DNA of 32,827 nt. Origin: a virus. Position numbers and translations under genes: made by a program. Positions 8,591 through 17,828 of this stretch are shown in pieces (within the stretch, counting starts at the first letter, position 1; each line of letters opens with the position of its first letter). The notes beneath the pieces were generated by a model that had not been told where the DNA came from, did no database searches, and was given only the letters and a program-made list of their open reading frames with translations. Location: UHGV virus genome UHGV-1342882; one strand, given 5' to 3'.

Positions 8591-9761
8591 TCTCCACCGT
8601 TAACCCTGACAGGCGCGGGACCGACAGTTCGCTGACAATATCCGTCAGTGAAAAATGCAGTGAATCGACAACCGGAAAAGCCTTGTGGATCTCGCGGCCC
8701 AGATTCGAAAAGGAATAGCGCGAATAGGGCTGCGTCTTCTTAACGTCGTAATTGGCGTTCTCGCGAAACGCGCAACGAATCAGGTCGGTAATACCTGTTT
8801 TTAACGCGCTCAGGTCTTCCGCTTCCATGTTTTCCACGCTTTTGACGTATACCGTTACCGCCAGGGTGTGGCTGGTTTCCGGCATGGCATAACACTGCAA
8901 ATCATCACCGTGTCCGTGGTGGCCCTGGGTATTCACATAGTCGTTAACCGCATCAATAAAGGGTTGTGATATTTCGCCACTGTCCAGCAACAGGTAAGCA
9001 TTTGCCGTACCCGGTCCCCGTGGGGCATCGTGCAAAAAGTAAATGCGATCAACGCTCAGGCCCAGCACGCTGGCAATCATGCTGCGGTAAATAGCGTCAG
9101 AGTGATAATTCCCCACCAGATTAAACTGGTTGCGGGTACGGTCGCGCAGCTCGTCGTCGCTTTCCTCGTTGGCTCCCGGCGAAATCAGCCATTCGTCCTC
9201 ATTGACCGCGCTGGCAATCCCGGCCACCGCAACGGGTAAAATCCGGTAATAGCCTGGCGCAAGGTTATAGCCGCTGCCGGTGCCGGTCGCCGTGACGGTA
9301 ACCAGCCCGCTTTCAACCCCGGCAGGCAGCGTCACGTCTTCATTCACCGCCAGCACGTAAACCACGCCGTTAATGCGCTCGGTTTGCACCAGTGTTCCGG
9401 CAGGCACGACGACCACATCCGCCGCGTTCAGCTTGTAGAACCGCAGCACGCCAGCGGCAGCGCTGGCCGGTTTAGGCACGATATGAACCGCCCAGGCCAG
9501 CAGGCGCAGCATGGGACCGGTGGCCGTCGCAACAAACATATTGCGTAGAACCACATCGATCATCGCCGCCCGCAGCCATAACACCGGCGTGGTGACAATC
9601 TTCGAAATCAGCCGCCAGAAAGGCGACATCCTCGACGTGTTTGTGACGAACCCTTCCGCCTGCACGGTGGCTTTAAACGCTGCCTTAATTTCGGCCTCTG
9701 TCGCAGGCATCCCGCTGTCATTCAGTACCTTTTCAAAATCAACGTCGGGTTTCTCAGTCAT
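8577..9761 (-). CDS. Baseplate J-like protein (gpJ / Mu gp47 family)
   Basis: 394 aa; size and position between wedge protein and gpI-like gene; resembles baseplate J family by recall. Confidence 0.65.
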   Translation of the reverse strand: MTEKPDVDFEKVLNDSGMPATEAEIKAAFKATVQAEGFVTNTSRMSPFWRLISKIVTTPVLWLRAAMIDVVLRNMFVATATGPMLRLLAWAVHIVPKPASAAAGVLRFYKLNAADVVVVPAGTLVQTERINGVVYVLAVNEDVTLPAGVESGLVTVTATGTGSGYNLAPGYYRILPVAVAGIASAVNEDEWLISPGANEESDDELRDRTRNQFNLVGNYHSDAIYRSMIASVLGLSVDRIYFLHDAPRGPGTANAYLLLDSGEISQPFIDAVNDYVNTQGHHGHGDDLQCYAMPETSHTLAVTVYVKSVENMEAEDLSALKTGITDLIRCAFRENANYDVKKTQPYSRYSFSNLGREIHKAFPVVDSLHFSLTDIVSELSVPRLSGLTVEIEND

Positions 9762-10089
9762 AGTTAACCTCTGTACTGACAGGGCCGAAATCGTAGGTTT
9801 CCGCCGTGATATACAACCTCGAAAGGGTTTCTTCGGTGATCACTATGGTTCCTGGGACCAGACGTTCGTCGCTTTCCACCAGTAAGGACAGTTGCGTCAG
9901 CACGTCACCGCGCATTGTCGGGCTGCGTTCACCGATCAGGCGGGTGGTGATACCGCTTTCCAGAATGCTGTGAATAATGTCCTGGGTGATGCTGTCGCGG
10001 TTATCGCAACGGCGCGGCTCGTTGCCGCTATCCAGCGTGAAATCGCCGTCAGTGATCAAAAGGTCGATGTATAACGGTTCGGTACTCAT
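9754..10089 (-). CDS. Baseplate wedge protein (gpW/gp25-like)
   Basis: 111 aa; segment SITQDIIHSILESGITTRLIGERSPTMRGDVL follows the same pattern as the P2 gpW segment I recall (ISQSIGDILRTPVGSRVMRRDYGSLL). Confidence 0.45.
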   Translation of the reverse strand: MSTEPLYIDLLITDGDFTLDSGNEPRRCDNRDSITQDIIHSILESGITTRLIGERSPTMRGDVLTQLSLLVESDERLVPGTIVITEETLSRLYITAETYDFGPVSTEVNYD

Positions 10090-12194
10090 CCTGCGTTAAG
10101 CTCCTGCCATTCAGCCAGCTGGGCCGGGGTGATTCCATTGGGGGCGTTGATGTAGGTATCGCCCCACGTTTTACGGTTATCAACAGCGGTTTTGCTGTCG
10201 CTTTTAACCTGACTCATCAGGCCGCCGCGTGGGATGCCTGCATTAATTCGGTTCCCCGTCAGCACGGACGGGCTGTTCAGCTTCGATGAACCTGCAGCAC
10301 TGTCAGGAATGACCGCATTTGCCGGAACGGCAGCCGGTGGCGAAACGGTTTTTAGGTCGATGTTTACGCCGGGGATCTTGTTTAACTTCTCAACAATCCA
10401 GTTATAGGTAGACGCAAAGGTATTTTTGAGGACGTCAAAAAGTTTGCTGAATACCCCGCCGATGGTTTGTGCGAACCCTTCAAAGGTGGCAAGCGGGGAA
10501 AGACCGGCAAAGAAATCAACCACCACGGCCCAGCCGTCTGTGATGGACTGCCAGACCTGCGCAAACACCTGGCCTACCTGTTCAGCGACCGACATCACCC
10601 AGGCAAAAGCCGACGTATCCATGATTGCTGCTGCCAGTTCTTCCCAGTGGGTGATGACGTACCAGACCCCCACGGCCAGAAGTGCCAGCCCGGCAACGAT
10701 CAGGGTGATCGGACTCATCAGGAGTTGCATTGCCGCCCCGGCAAACATGGTCGCCGCACCGTAAACCCGCATGGCAATGGCTCCGGCCTTTAACGCGATA
10801 TTCCATGCAGCAAGCGCGATGCGGCAGACGCCCGTCCACAGCGCCAGTAATTTTGACTGGATCCACAATGCAGCCAGACCGATGCGCGTCGTCAGCAGGG
10901 ACGGACGCAACAGGTTGAGCGTCCATAACAGGAGTTTCCATGCCCCGCCCAGCACTTTTGCAATTGCGGCCAGCCCTGTCATGGTGAAGCCAAAGACCCC
11001 CATCACGATATTGACCGCCGCCCCGGCCAGCCCGAAGGACAACACGCCCAGGGTGATGTAACCCAGCCAGCGGGCAATATTCGGGAACATATCCAGCCAG
11101 CGGGCAAATTTTGCCCCCACGTCGGCAATACGGTTCATCAGCGGCGACAGAATAGGGATCAGCGTGTTACCAATCGCCACGCGAATGGCAAAGAATGTCG
11201 CTTTGATACGTTTCCACGGCTCAGCCATTCGTTCGGCCATTTCCTGGGCGCGTTTCATCCCGTCATTTCGGCCCAGCTCGGTGATGCTGCGATTTAATTT
11301 ATCCTGCTGACCGTACAGCTTTTTGATAACGTCAGCACCACCACCGAACGCGGAATCCAGCGCCTGTTGTGCCTTGACGTTCCCTTCAATGCTCTGCCCG
11401 TATTTGTTCTGGAGTTTTTGCAGAATGTCGCCCATCGGCAGCATTTTTCCGGTGGCATCGACAAAGCTCATACCCAGCTTTTCAGCGGCAGCCGGGGCGC
11501 TGCGTAAAAACTGCTCGTAGATCCCGCTGGCCTCAGTACCCAGCGTGCGCGAAAGCGTACCCAGGACGGCGAACTGTTCATCCAGGCTAACGCCAAAGTC
11601 AGCACCGGCGCTTTTCGTCCCCTCGATAAGCTCCTGCATGGTCTGCATTTTCACGCCGAAGTTTTGCACCATGTACGCCGTTTTCCCTGCCAGCTCTTCG
11701 GCAAAACGCACATGGCCCAGACTGGACAACTCCGCGTTGAAGCGTGACGCCATCGCGCCGATGTATTCTCCTGCCTCTTCGCCGCTGGCCTTGACGCCTG
11801 CCGCCAGGGTATTGGCCGCGATGGTGACGCGGGGCAGGTCCAGATCGGACAGACCCGCCATTGCGCCTTTCATCGCGTAGCTTGACCGGACCACATCAAC
11901 GGCCCCTTTGCCGTAGCGCATACTGAATCGCATGGCTTCGCCGGACAGACGCTTCAACGCGTCCTCTGCCACGCCTTTGGAACCTACTTCTGCAAGTGCG
12001 GCGTTCATCTCATACGCCGGCCCCACCACGCCCGCGATGGACTGTGCCACGCCCCAGACAGCCGCCGCACCGATCCCGATTTTTGTAAAAGACGCCTGCG
12101 ATTTTTCGGCAAAGCCGGACAGCGAAGACTGGGCCGTCTTTAATGGCCGCGTCAGCTTATCGATCAGGCTCAGGGTAAAATCCAGGTGGCTCAT
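10086..12194 (-). CDS. Tail tape measure protein
   Basis: 702 aa, Ala/Gly-rich with hydrophobic membrane-like segments in the C-terminal half; directly downstream of the frameshifted chaperone pair. Confidence 0.75.
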   Translation of the reverse strand: MSHLDFTLSLIDKLTRPLKTAQSSLSGFAEKSQASFTKIGIGAAAVWGVAQSIAGVVGPAYEMNAALAEVGSKGVAEDALKRLSGEAMRFSMRYGKGAVDVVRSSYAMKGAMAGLSDLDLPRVTIAANTLAAGVKASGEEAGEYIGAMASRFNAELSSLGHVRFAEELAGKTAYMVQNFGVKMQTMQELIEGTKSAGADFGVSLDEQFAVLGTLSRTLGTEASGIYEQFLRSAPAAAEKLGMSFVDATGKMLPMGDILQKLQNKYGQSIEGNVKAQQALDSAFGGGADVIKKLYGQQDKLNRSITELGRNDGMKRAQEMAERMAEPWKRIKATFFAIRVAIGNTLIPILSPLMNRIADVGAKFARWLDMFPNIARWLGYITLGVLSFGLAGAAVNIVMGVFGFTMTGLAAIAKVLGGAWKLLLWTLNLLRPSLLTTRIGLAALWIQSKLLALWTGVCRIALAAWNIALKAGAIAMRVYGAATMFAGAAMQLLMSPITLIVAGLALLAVGVWYVITHWEELAAAIMDTSAFAWVMSVAEQVGQVFAQVWQSITDGWAVVVDFFAGLSPLATFEGFAQTIGGVFSKLFDVLKNTFASTYNWIVEKLNKIPGVNIDLKTVSPPAAVPANAVIPDSAAGSSKLNSPSVLTGNRINAGIPRGGLMSQVKSDSKTAVDNRKTWGDTYINAPNGITPAQLAEWQELNAG

Positions 12195-12195
12195 A

Positions 12196-12653
12196 TCAGT
12201 TTCCGTTAAATGCGATTGCTATCCCTTCCGCCGTCTTACTGGCGCGGGTCTGGGCGAAATATTCATCCAGCCACAGGGCGCGGGCGATGCTTTCTTCGTC
12301 GTCGGCTTCGTGCGGGAGGTAGTAGCGGCGCAGGGCAAGGTATTGCTCAAGCGCATTTGTGCGAATGGCCGCTACCCGCGCCATCAGTTTTTTACTTCGA
12401 TCTCAAGTTTGGGGGAGTAAATCTCGTTAACTTTCTCGACGATCTGCATTTCGCAACCCGGATAATCTTCCATCAGCTTGTTAAGCGCCTCTTTACACTC
12501 GGCATCAACAATGCGGCCCAGATACGTCACCATAGGGGCAACCTTATTGGTCATGGTCATTTCGTTAAGCAGGTTGTTAAACGCGGTTTTATTCGGCTCA
12601 AAGCTCAGATTTACGCCCGCCACGGTCATGGCGATTTTTTTCGATTTGCTCAT
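12196..12653 (-). CDS. Tail assembly chaperone fusion product (gpE+E'-like) made by programmed -1 ribosomal frameshift at 12387..12393
   Basis: Slippery heptamer A AAA AAC (mRNA sense) at 12387..12393; the -1 frame continues as ...KKLMARVAAIRTN... which is the 62-aa ORF 12196..12384. Confidence 0.55.
12384..12653 (-). CDS. Tail assembly chaperone (gpE-like)
   Basis: 89-aa ORF immediately upstream of the tape measure gene, ending ...IEVKN with an A AAA AAC slippery heptamer at its 3' end. Confidence 0.6.
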   Translation of the reverse strand: MSKSKKIAMTVAGVNLSFEPNKTAFNNLLNEMTMTNKVAPMVTYLGRIVDAECKEALNKLMEDYPGCEMQIVEKVNEIYSPKLEIEVKN

Positions 12654-12946
12654 TGTGCTAATTCCTTACGTTGTCGAATGATGCCCACCAGGGCGTTATG
12701 TCGGGCGGCGCAGTCGGTATACATCAGCCGGTAGGCTTTCAGCGCCGCGTCAAAGTCATTTCCGGTCGGTCCGGCCAGACGTGGCAGCGTGACCGGGCAA
12801 AGTGTCAGCTGGTTTTCCTGATAATTTTCGTTCGGCTTGATCTGCACTTTCGTTGAACAACCGGACGTAATCATCAGAAGCGCAAACGTTGCTAAAAACC
12901 GGCTTAATGGTTTCCGTGCGGATAACCCGTTCCGTGTGAATTTCAT
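12650..12946 (-). CDS. Outer-membrane spanin (Rz1/LysC-like lipoprotein); starts inside the Rz gene in another frame and extends past its stop
   Basis: Signal peptide with lipobox-like ITSGC followed by a short mature region; overlap architecture like P2 lysB/lysC. True start may be internal. Confidence 0.5.
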   Translation of the reverse strand: MKFTRNGLSARKPLSRFLATFALLMITSGCSTKVQIKPNENYQENQLTLCPVTLPRLAGPTGNDFDAALKAYRLMYTDCAARHNALVGIIRQRKELAQ

Positions 12947-13139
12947 TGGCCCTCAGCTCCGCGAGTTTTGCTTCCAGCGCTTCACCAGACTGCTGCGTCA
13001 CCTCAACAACAATCTGGCGCGTTTGTTCTGCCGCTTCACTGGCAGCGAGTTTCAGCTTTGCGTCGTGCCAGTCATGCGCCTGCCAGCCCGCTGACATCGC
13101 AGCGACCAGAATCAGCAAAAGACCCAGCAAATTGCGCAT
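12756..13139 (-). CDS. Inner-membrane spanin (Rz/LysB-like)
   Basis: 127 aa with N-terminal hydrophobic segment (LLGLLLILVAAM) and coiled-coil-like charged remainder; directly downstream of the endolysin. Confidence 0.6.
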   Translation of the reverse strand: MRNLLGLLLILVAAMSAGWQAHDWHDAKLKLAASEAAEQTRQIVVEVTQQSGEALEAKLAELRANEIHTERVIRTETIKPVFSNVCASDDYVRLFNESADQAERKLSGKPADTLPGHAATSGRTDRK

Positions 13140-13477
13140 CAGCGAACCCCGTTATGCTCAAGACTGAAATGGTTGCCGTCCGGCTTACTGAAACGTCCAC
13201 CCCACGATCCGCCGATAGATTCCCAGTATTCGCCCAGGGGGCGGTATGCGGCGCTGTCGGTCTGGTATTCGCCGTTAATAAACAGGTTAAAATCCACCGC
13301 GAGGCGCTGGGTATGCAGGCTGTTAGCAATGCCACTCCCTTTTTTTGCGTTAAGCGCGGCCTGTTCCGGCGTGCGGTACGCTTCGCCAAACGTCAGGCGA
13401 TAGCCCTTTTCTTCGGCAAAATGAATCAGGTTGGCGATCATCACCGTGAAAAGTTGCTGTTTTTCACTCAGTTTCAT
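13139..13477 (-). CDS. Endolysin, M15-family peptidoglycan peptidase
   Basis: 112 aa with His...Asp...His metal-site pattern (SLHTQRLAVDFNLF ... GNHFSLEH) typical of M15 peptidases; sits between holin and spanins. Confidence 0.7.
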   Translation of the reverse strand: MKLSEKQQLFTVMIANLIHFAEEKGYRLTFGEAYRTPEQAALNAKKGSGIANSLHTQRLAVDFNLFINGEYQTDSAAYRPLGEYWESIGGSWGGRFSKPDGNHFSLEHNGVR

Positions 13478-13775
13478 TGCGCTTGCTCCCCCATCGCTTG
13501 ATATACATATCCAGGCAGCGCTTTAACCCGGCCTCAATAAACGCACTTCCCAGAATGCCTAGGGCGCAGGCCAGCCCAATGACGACCAGTTCCGGCATAT
13601 CGGGGAATTTCAGCAGCGGGATTGCGGCCAGTGGTGCGACCGCAGATCCCAGAATCATCCGCCCGACCAGCAGACGGGTTGTGATTCGCTCATTGCTGAC
13701 CATCAGTTGCCCCAGGCCGATCACGGCCCCGATAAGCAACAGCTTTTCAAGCAGTGACGTTTCTCCGTTCATCAT
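13464..13775 (-). CDS. Holin
   Basis: 103 aa with about three hydrophobic transmembrane segments and a charged C-terminus (KRWGSKRNETE); immediately upstream of the endolysin. Confidence 0.6.
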   Translation of the reverse strand: MMNGETSLLEKLLLIGAVIGLGQLMVSNERITTRLLVGRMILGSAVAPLAAIPLLKFPDMPELVVIGLACALGILGSAFIEAGLKRCLDMYIKRWGSKRNETE

Positions 13776-13779
13776 CGTG

Positions 13780-14235
13780 TCAGCCTTTCAGATCGCGAGT
13801 GTCACGGGCTGACAGGTACGGAACGCCGTCAATCGCGACAAAGTCCGGGCTTGTCACCATGAATTTAATTTTCTTCGTGGTTTTGCTGGCCTCGTTGGGG
13901 TTGATGTTGACGATGTCGGACAGCGTCGGAACGCAGCCAAACACCTCGATTTTTTCTTCGTCGTCCCCGGCGTTGGCGTAGAACAAAAAGTCCTTTGCCG
14001 GAATGGCTCGCCAGGAACCTGCGGCACGGGCAACGGCGGTAAACTTTTTAAAGTTCTGGGAATCGACTTCGACTTCCACATCCGCCGAAACTGACCCTTT
14101 CGTGTGGCCGTTCGGGATGCCACGCGACTGCGCAACGGCGCTGTTGTCCGTAATGGTGACGGTGGCGTTTTCGACGTGAATCATGATGCTGTCGTAGTTC
14201 ACATCGAACGATCCGCCGCTAATACGTTCAGTCAT
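13780..14235 (-). CDS. Tail tube protein
   Basis: 151-aa ORF directly downstream of the sheath gene; size and position typical of contractile-tail tube proteins. Confidence 0.55.
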   Translation of the reverse strand: MTERISGGSFDVNYDSIMIHVENATVTITDNSAVAQSRGIPNGHTKGSVSADVEVEVDSQNFKKFTAVARAAGSWRAIPAKDFLFYANAGDDEEKIEVFGCVPTLSDIVNINPNEASKTTKKIKFMVTSPDFVAIDGVPYLSARDTRDLKG

Positions 14236-14238
14236 TGA

Positions 14239-15381
14239 TTAGCTCTCCAGTGAGGTGTCCAGTTCGATGCTGACGCTGATTTCTTTCGCGCTCTCATACG
14301 GTCGAACCACAAGGTAAATCTGTACCGCTTCGCTACTGGTCCAGGTGATGGTGATGTCACCGTCCTTTGGTGGCTTCACTTCGCCCGGAAATTCGACGCC
14401 ATTGATCTGGGTTGAAATCGCCATTTCACGCAGCGGCTTGCCGAAATAGGTTTCATGCGCGGCAATGCTGCCCGGTGTGCTGTTCAGCGAACGATCGGCA
14501 ATTTTGGGGATAGCACGCAGACGGACGCGGCGGGATGCTTTATCAACCACGCGCACGTTTTCAATGACCTGATAATCGCCGCCTTCAACGTCCAGGGTGC
14601 GACCGTCAGCCCAGTAGATGCCGTCATAGTCGTGATACCACATCGGCACGCTGTAGCGGTTCGCCTGCAGGGACTGCAACACGGACAGATCAATTTCGGC
14701 TCCCGTCCCGTCAACCGGCAGTGTGTCACGCCCCAGCGCGGTGACTGCGCCAGTTGCAACGCGGGCGGGGCTGTCTGCCACCGTCACCGAACGGTTACAC
14801 AAGCGACCGGCCAGGACGCCGGGTTCATTGCCCCACAGACGCGGGACCAGTTGCACACCCGGTGACGCAATACCGTCCTGGAGTTGTGCCAGGCGCGTCA
14901 CATAATCGGCCCATGCTTCGCCCTGTTTTGGCCCGCCTATCGCAAGGCCAAACCAGATAAATCGCCCATAATTAGCCTGCAAGGTGATACGCATTTCCAT
15001 TGCGCGGTTGATGGTTGCCACTTCGTCGGTATCAAATACCAGGAAAACCCCTTCCACGGATGCCACGCTCTGGGCCATCTTGACCGCGTTCATCCAGTCT
15101 TCGTCTGGTTTATAGCCCTCGGCTTCCTTGTCTGGCTCTGCCAGCACATGCACGTAAGCAAACCAGTTCTGACCGGCGTTATTGGCCGCTGCGGCCACCA
15201 TATTTTTTAACGGGCTGTCTTTGTCGCCCAGGGCTTTATCCAGATCGCTGTCGGTATTCAGCGACTGGGTTTTCCCGATGTTAGTGTCGCCGTAACCCAC
15301 AAAGAGGATGACGCGCTCGACGTCGTTCGTTGTGCCGTTGAAGCGGTTTTTCTGACTGACGTTGACATTCGGCCAGGTCAT
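14239..15381 (-). CDS. Tail sheath protein (non-P2 type, DUF2586-like)
   Basis: 380-aa ORF upstream of the tube gene; does not resemble the P2 FI sequence I recall; resembles Mu-type sheath-like proteins. Confidence 0.55.
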   Translation of the reverse strand: MTWPNVNVSQKNRFNGTTNDVERVILFVGYGDTNIGKTQSLNTDSDLDKALGDKDSPLKNMVAAAANNAGQNWFAYVHVLAEPDKEAEGYKPDEDWMNAVKMAQSVASVEGVFLVFDTDEVATINRAMEMRITLQANYGRFIWFGLAIGGPKQGEAWADYVTRLAQLQDGIASPGVQLVPRLWGNEPGVLAGRLCNRSVTVADSPARVATGAVTALGRDTLPVDGTGAEIDLSVLQSLQANRYSVPMWYHDYDGIYWADGRTLDVEGGDYQVIENVRVVDKASRRVRLRAIPKIADRSLNSTPGSIAAHETYFGKPLREMAISTQINGVEFPGEVKPPKDGDITITWTSSEAVQIYLVVRPYESAKEISVSIELDTSLES

Positions 15382-15383
15382 TT

Positions 15384-16079
15384 TTACCCCCTGATTTGCT
15401 GCGCGTTGATGTCCCAGCCGAAGCCGATTGCCTGCATTTGCCGCGCAATAATTTGGTTAAACTCATCGTCGCTCACCCCCAGAAAAACGCGCCCCGGAAT
15501 ATCAATGGTCCATGCGCGTTTTGAGGGTGTGCCTTTCAGTTTTCGAATCAGTAATCCCGCCTGGGCCATGCTCATGGTTTCCATGATTTGCCTGCTGGAC
15601 GGCTTAACCCAGCGCTTGCCCTTGCGGGTTTTGTAGCCCAGCGCCCGCAGACGCTTGGCCTGTCGCGGTAGCGCGGGTTTGTCGGCCTGCGGCTTGCGCG
15701 GGGCGTTACTGGCTTTCATCTGGATCCGTGCGCCGTCCTGCTGGGCCGCACCGACCAGACCCGCCGCAATGGGCTTCGTCCCGTTCCGGTAGTTCCCGCC
15801 CTTGAGGTAAATTCTTACCCCCTGAATCTCCGGCATTTCACGCACGGCCAGCAGTTTGGGCAGCCCTTTTAGCATCTTCCCTTTGCCACGCTTACGCGGC
15901 TCCCACGGCGTACCGTCCGGGGCCGCCTGCTGGCGCTGGTGACGCTTTGCCGCTGCAACAATGCCCAGCTTTGCAATACGCCATAAAAGGCGCTGGCGCT
16001 TACGCGGGGGAAGGTCAGCTTTTGCCAGCGTTTCCCGCATCTGCTTTAGCTGTTGCTGGTTCAGCTCCCCACGGATCAC
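15384..16079 (-). CDS. Virion morphogenesis / tail completion protein (gpS-like)
   Basis: 231 aa, basic, with an internally repeated segment (KGLPKLLAVREMPEIQGVRIYLKG / KGTPSKRAWTIDIPGRVFLGVSD); position between head and tail genes. Confidence 0.5.
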   Translation of the reverse strand: MIRGELNQQQLKQMRETLAKADLPPRKRQRLLWRIAKLGIVAAAKRHQRQQAAPDGTPWEPRKRGKGKMLKGLPKLLAVREMPEIQGVRIYLKGGNYRNGTKPIAAGLVGAAQQDGARIQMKASNAPRKPQADKPALPRQAKRLRALGYKTRKGKRWVKPSSRQIMETMSMAQAGLLIRKLKGTPSKRAWTIDIPGRVFLGVSDDEFNQIIARQMQAIGFGWDINAQQIRG

Positions 16080-16552
16080 GACGCGTCACCACGCTGGACA
16101 ATAAATTCCAGTTGCGACGCCTCCCAGATTTCGGGGTTTACGATGTCCCATTTCTTACCCTTGAAGGGGATCGGCCCTTTTTCCACTTCGCGCAGGACCA
16201 GCGGATCAACCAGCGGGACAACCACATCCAGAATGCATGACCCTTCGTCGTCGAACTCCGGGTCCACGGTGGGATCGGCTAACTTCAGCTCGTCGCGCAG
16301 CTCGTTGGCGAATTCATCCACCCAGGCCAGCACCAGGGCATAAATCAGCCCCGGCGAATATTTGCGGTAGGGGAAGTCATCCCACGACAAACGGGCGGTA
16401 TAAGTCAGCACCCCGATCCGGCGCTGGTTGTTCCCCAGCGCTTTGGCGTTGCGTACCAGCTCGCAATCCTCCATTGAACTGGAAAACATCTGCATGGCAT
16501 CAGGCGGCAGATTTGCCGTAATAAACGCCGTCAGGCTTTCAAGCTGGCTCAT
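16076..16552 (-). CDS. Tail completion protein (gpR-like)
   Basis: 158 aa; shares a VLAW motif and similar size with the P2 gpR sequence I recall; position after the head completion gene. Confidence 0.45.
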   Translation of the reverse strand: MSQLESLTAFITANLPPDAMQMFSSSMEDCELVRNAKALGNNQRRIGVLTYTARLSWDDFPYRKYSPGLIYALVLAWVDEFANELRDELKLADPTVDPEFDDEGSCILDVVVPLVDPLVLREVEKGPIPFKGKKWDIVNPEIWEASQLEFIVQRGDAS

Positions 16553-17082
16553 ATCAAATGCACCCCAACGCGTGGTTGTCGCAGCATGTTTCGCATCACG
16601 TTGGCCGCCTCGGCCAGCAGGCTGGCGCGGGTGTCCTGGCTTTCCTGCCCCGGATGCGATTCACGCCGCCCGATGGTGGCGAACTCCCCCAGTAAATCGG
16701 CCTTTGCGCGGGCGTAGACCGCTTTTTTGTACTGGGCTGTTAACTGGGTTTCGTCGCCCATCTTTGCACCCGGTACATCTGCGGCCCGCTCGCAGGCTTT
16801 CGCGTTCCAGTACGTCACCACGTCGGCCAGCGCGTCGTTTACCTCCGCAATAGCGGCCAGCAGGGCCACGCCTGCGGTTTCTGGCGGCAGATCAGCGGGC
16901 AGCGTGCGCACCTTCTGAAACTCGGCCAGATCGAGATCGGGCCAGAACATCACGCCGTTGGTGATCGCTGTTGGCGTCACCGTCACTGGCTTGCCGCTGA
17001 TACTGAAACTTGGGCCACTCATTGGCGTACCTCGGTTTTGCAATAGAAACGGGCTAACGGGTTCCACGGCCAACAACCGCAT
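16549..17082 (-). CDS. Head completion/stabilisation protein (gpL-like); alternative start at 17022
   Basis: Follows capsid and small terminase genes in P2 order O-N-M-L; GGAGG-like RBS upstream of both candidate starts. Confidence 0.55.
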   Translation of the reverse strand: MRLLAVEPVSPFLLQNRGTPMSGPSFSISGKPVTVTPTAITNGVMFWPDLDLAEFQKVRTLPADLPPETAGVALLAAIAEVNDALADVVTYWNAKACERAADVPGAKMGDETQLTAQYKKAVYARAKADLLGEFATIGRRESHPGQESQDTRASLLAEAANVMRNMLRQPRVGVHLI

Positions 17083-17124
17083 GGTTGATGCCTCCCCCGC
17101 GCCCGTCCCGGCTAGCGGGAGTCT

Positions 17125-17826
17125 TTAAAGCTGGGTCAGGCCGTTAATCCGGGCACGGATTTTTTCGCGCATGGTCTTAACTCCGGCGTTTTTGTTGTAC
17201 GCCGCCGCCTGGGCCAAAAGGGCGTCGGCCTGCTCCAGCGTGTTCACATCATCCACGGCAGTGACTCGCGGCTGCCCCTTCTCGTCGCGCAGCAGGTAAA
17301 GACCGGCGAACTTGAACCACTTCGCGTTAATGTCTTCGTGCAAACGCCACTTTTCGCGGATGTTTTCAAAGGTGCGGCTGAAATAGGGCTCGATGCTGTG
17401 ACCGGCTTCCGCCTGCATGATCGCCCACTCCAGCACCGTGTCGGCCACAAAGGCAGGCAGGTTGCTATTGAAGTTTTCCGGCGTGGCCTGGCTCTCACTG
17501 ATAGCCACATCAGCCCAGTCCAGCGCCTTGCCCATTTCCCCCGTATCGAACAGCCAGATCACGCAGTAAACCAGGGCCGGATTGGCAAAGCGGGCATCAC
17601 CGGAAAGGTATGCTTCAACGGTTGGCATCCAGCGCGGCAAAAGAACATCGCGCTTCATGTCCATACGGTCAGCGCGTGTCAGATTGCGAAGCCGTTCAAC
17701 ATCCTTTTCCAGTTCCAGCATTTGAATGTGAAAGCTGACCGGCGATGCCGTCAGGGCTTCGCACTTATCCAGCGCCTTTGCGGCTTTAATGCGTGCTCGG
17801 TGTCGCTGACACGGGGTCATAGCCAT
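17125..17826 (-). CDS. Terminase small (endonuclease) subunit, gpM-like
   Basis: 233 aa directly downstream of the capsid gene, as in the P2 O-N-M-L operon. Confidence 0.7.
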   Translation of the reverse strand: MAMTPCQRHRARIKAAKALDKCEALTASPVSFHIQMLELEKDVERLRNLTRADRMDMKRDVLLPRWMPTVEAYLSGDARFANPALVYCVIWLFDTGEMGKALDWADVAISESQATPENFNSNLPAFVADTVLEWAIMQAEAGHSIEPYFSRTFENIREKWRLHEDINAKWFKFAGLYLLRDEKGQPRVTAVDDVNTLEQADALLAQAAAYNKNAGVKTMREKIRARINGLTQL

Positions 17827-17828
17827 TT

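Noticed and set aside
10382-11061. Cluster of small ORFs on both strands inside the tape measure gene
   Set aside because: All are embedded within the 702-aa tape measure CDS; Arg/Pro/Cys-rich translations typical of out-of-frame reads of GC-rich coding DNA.
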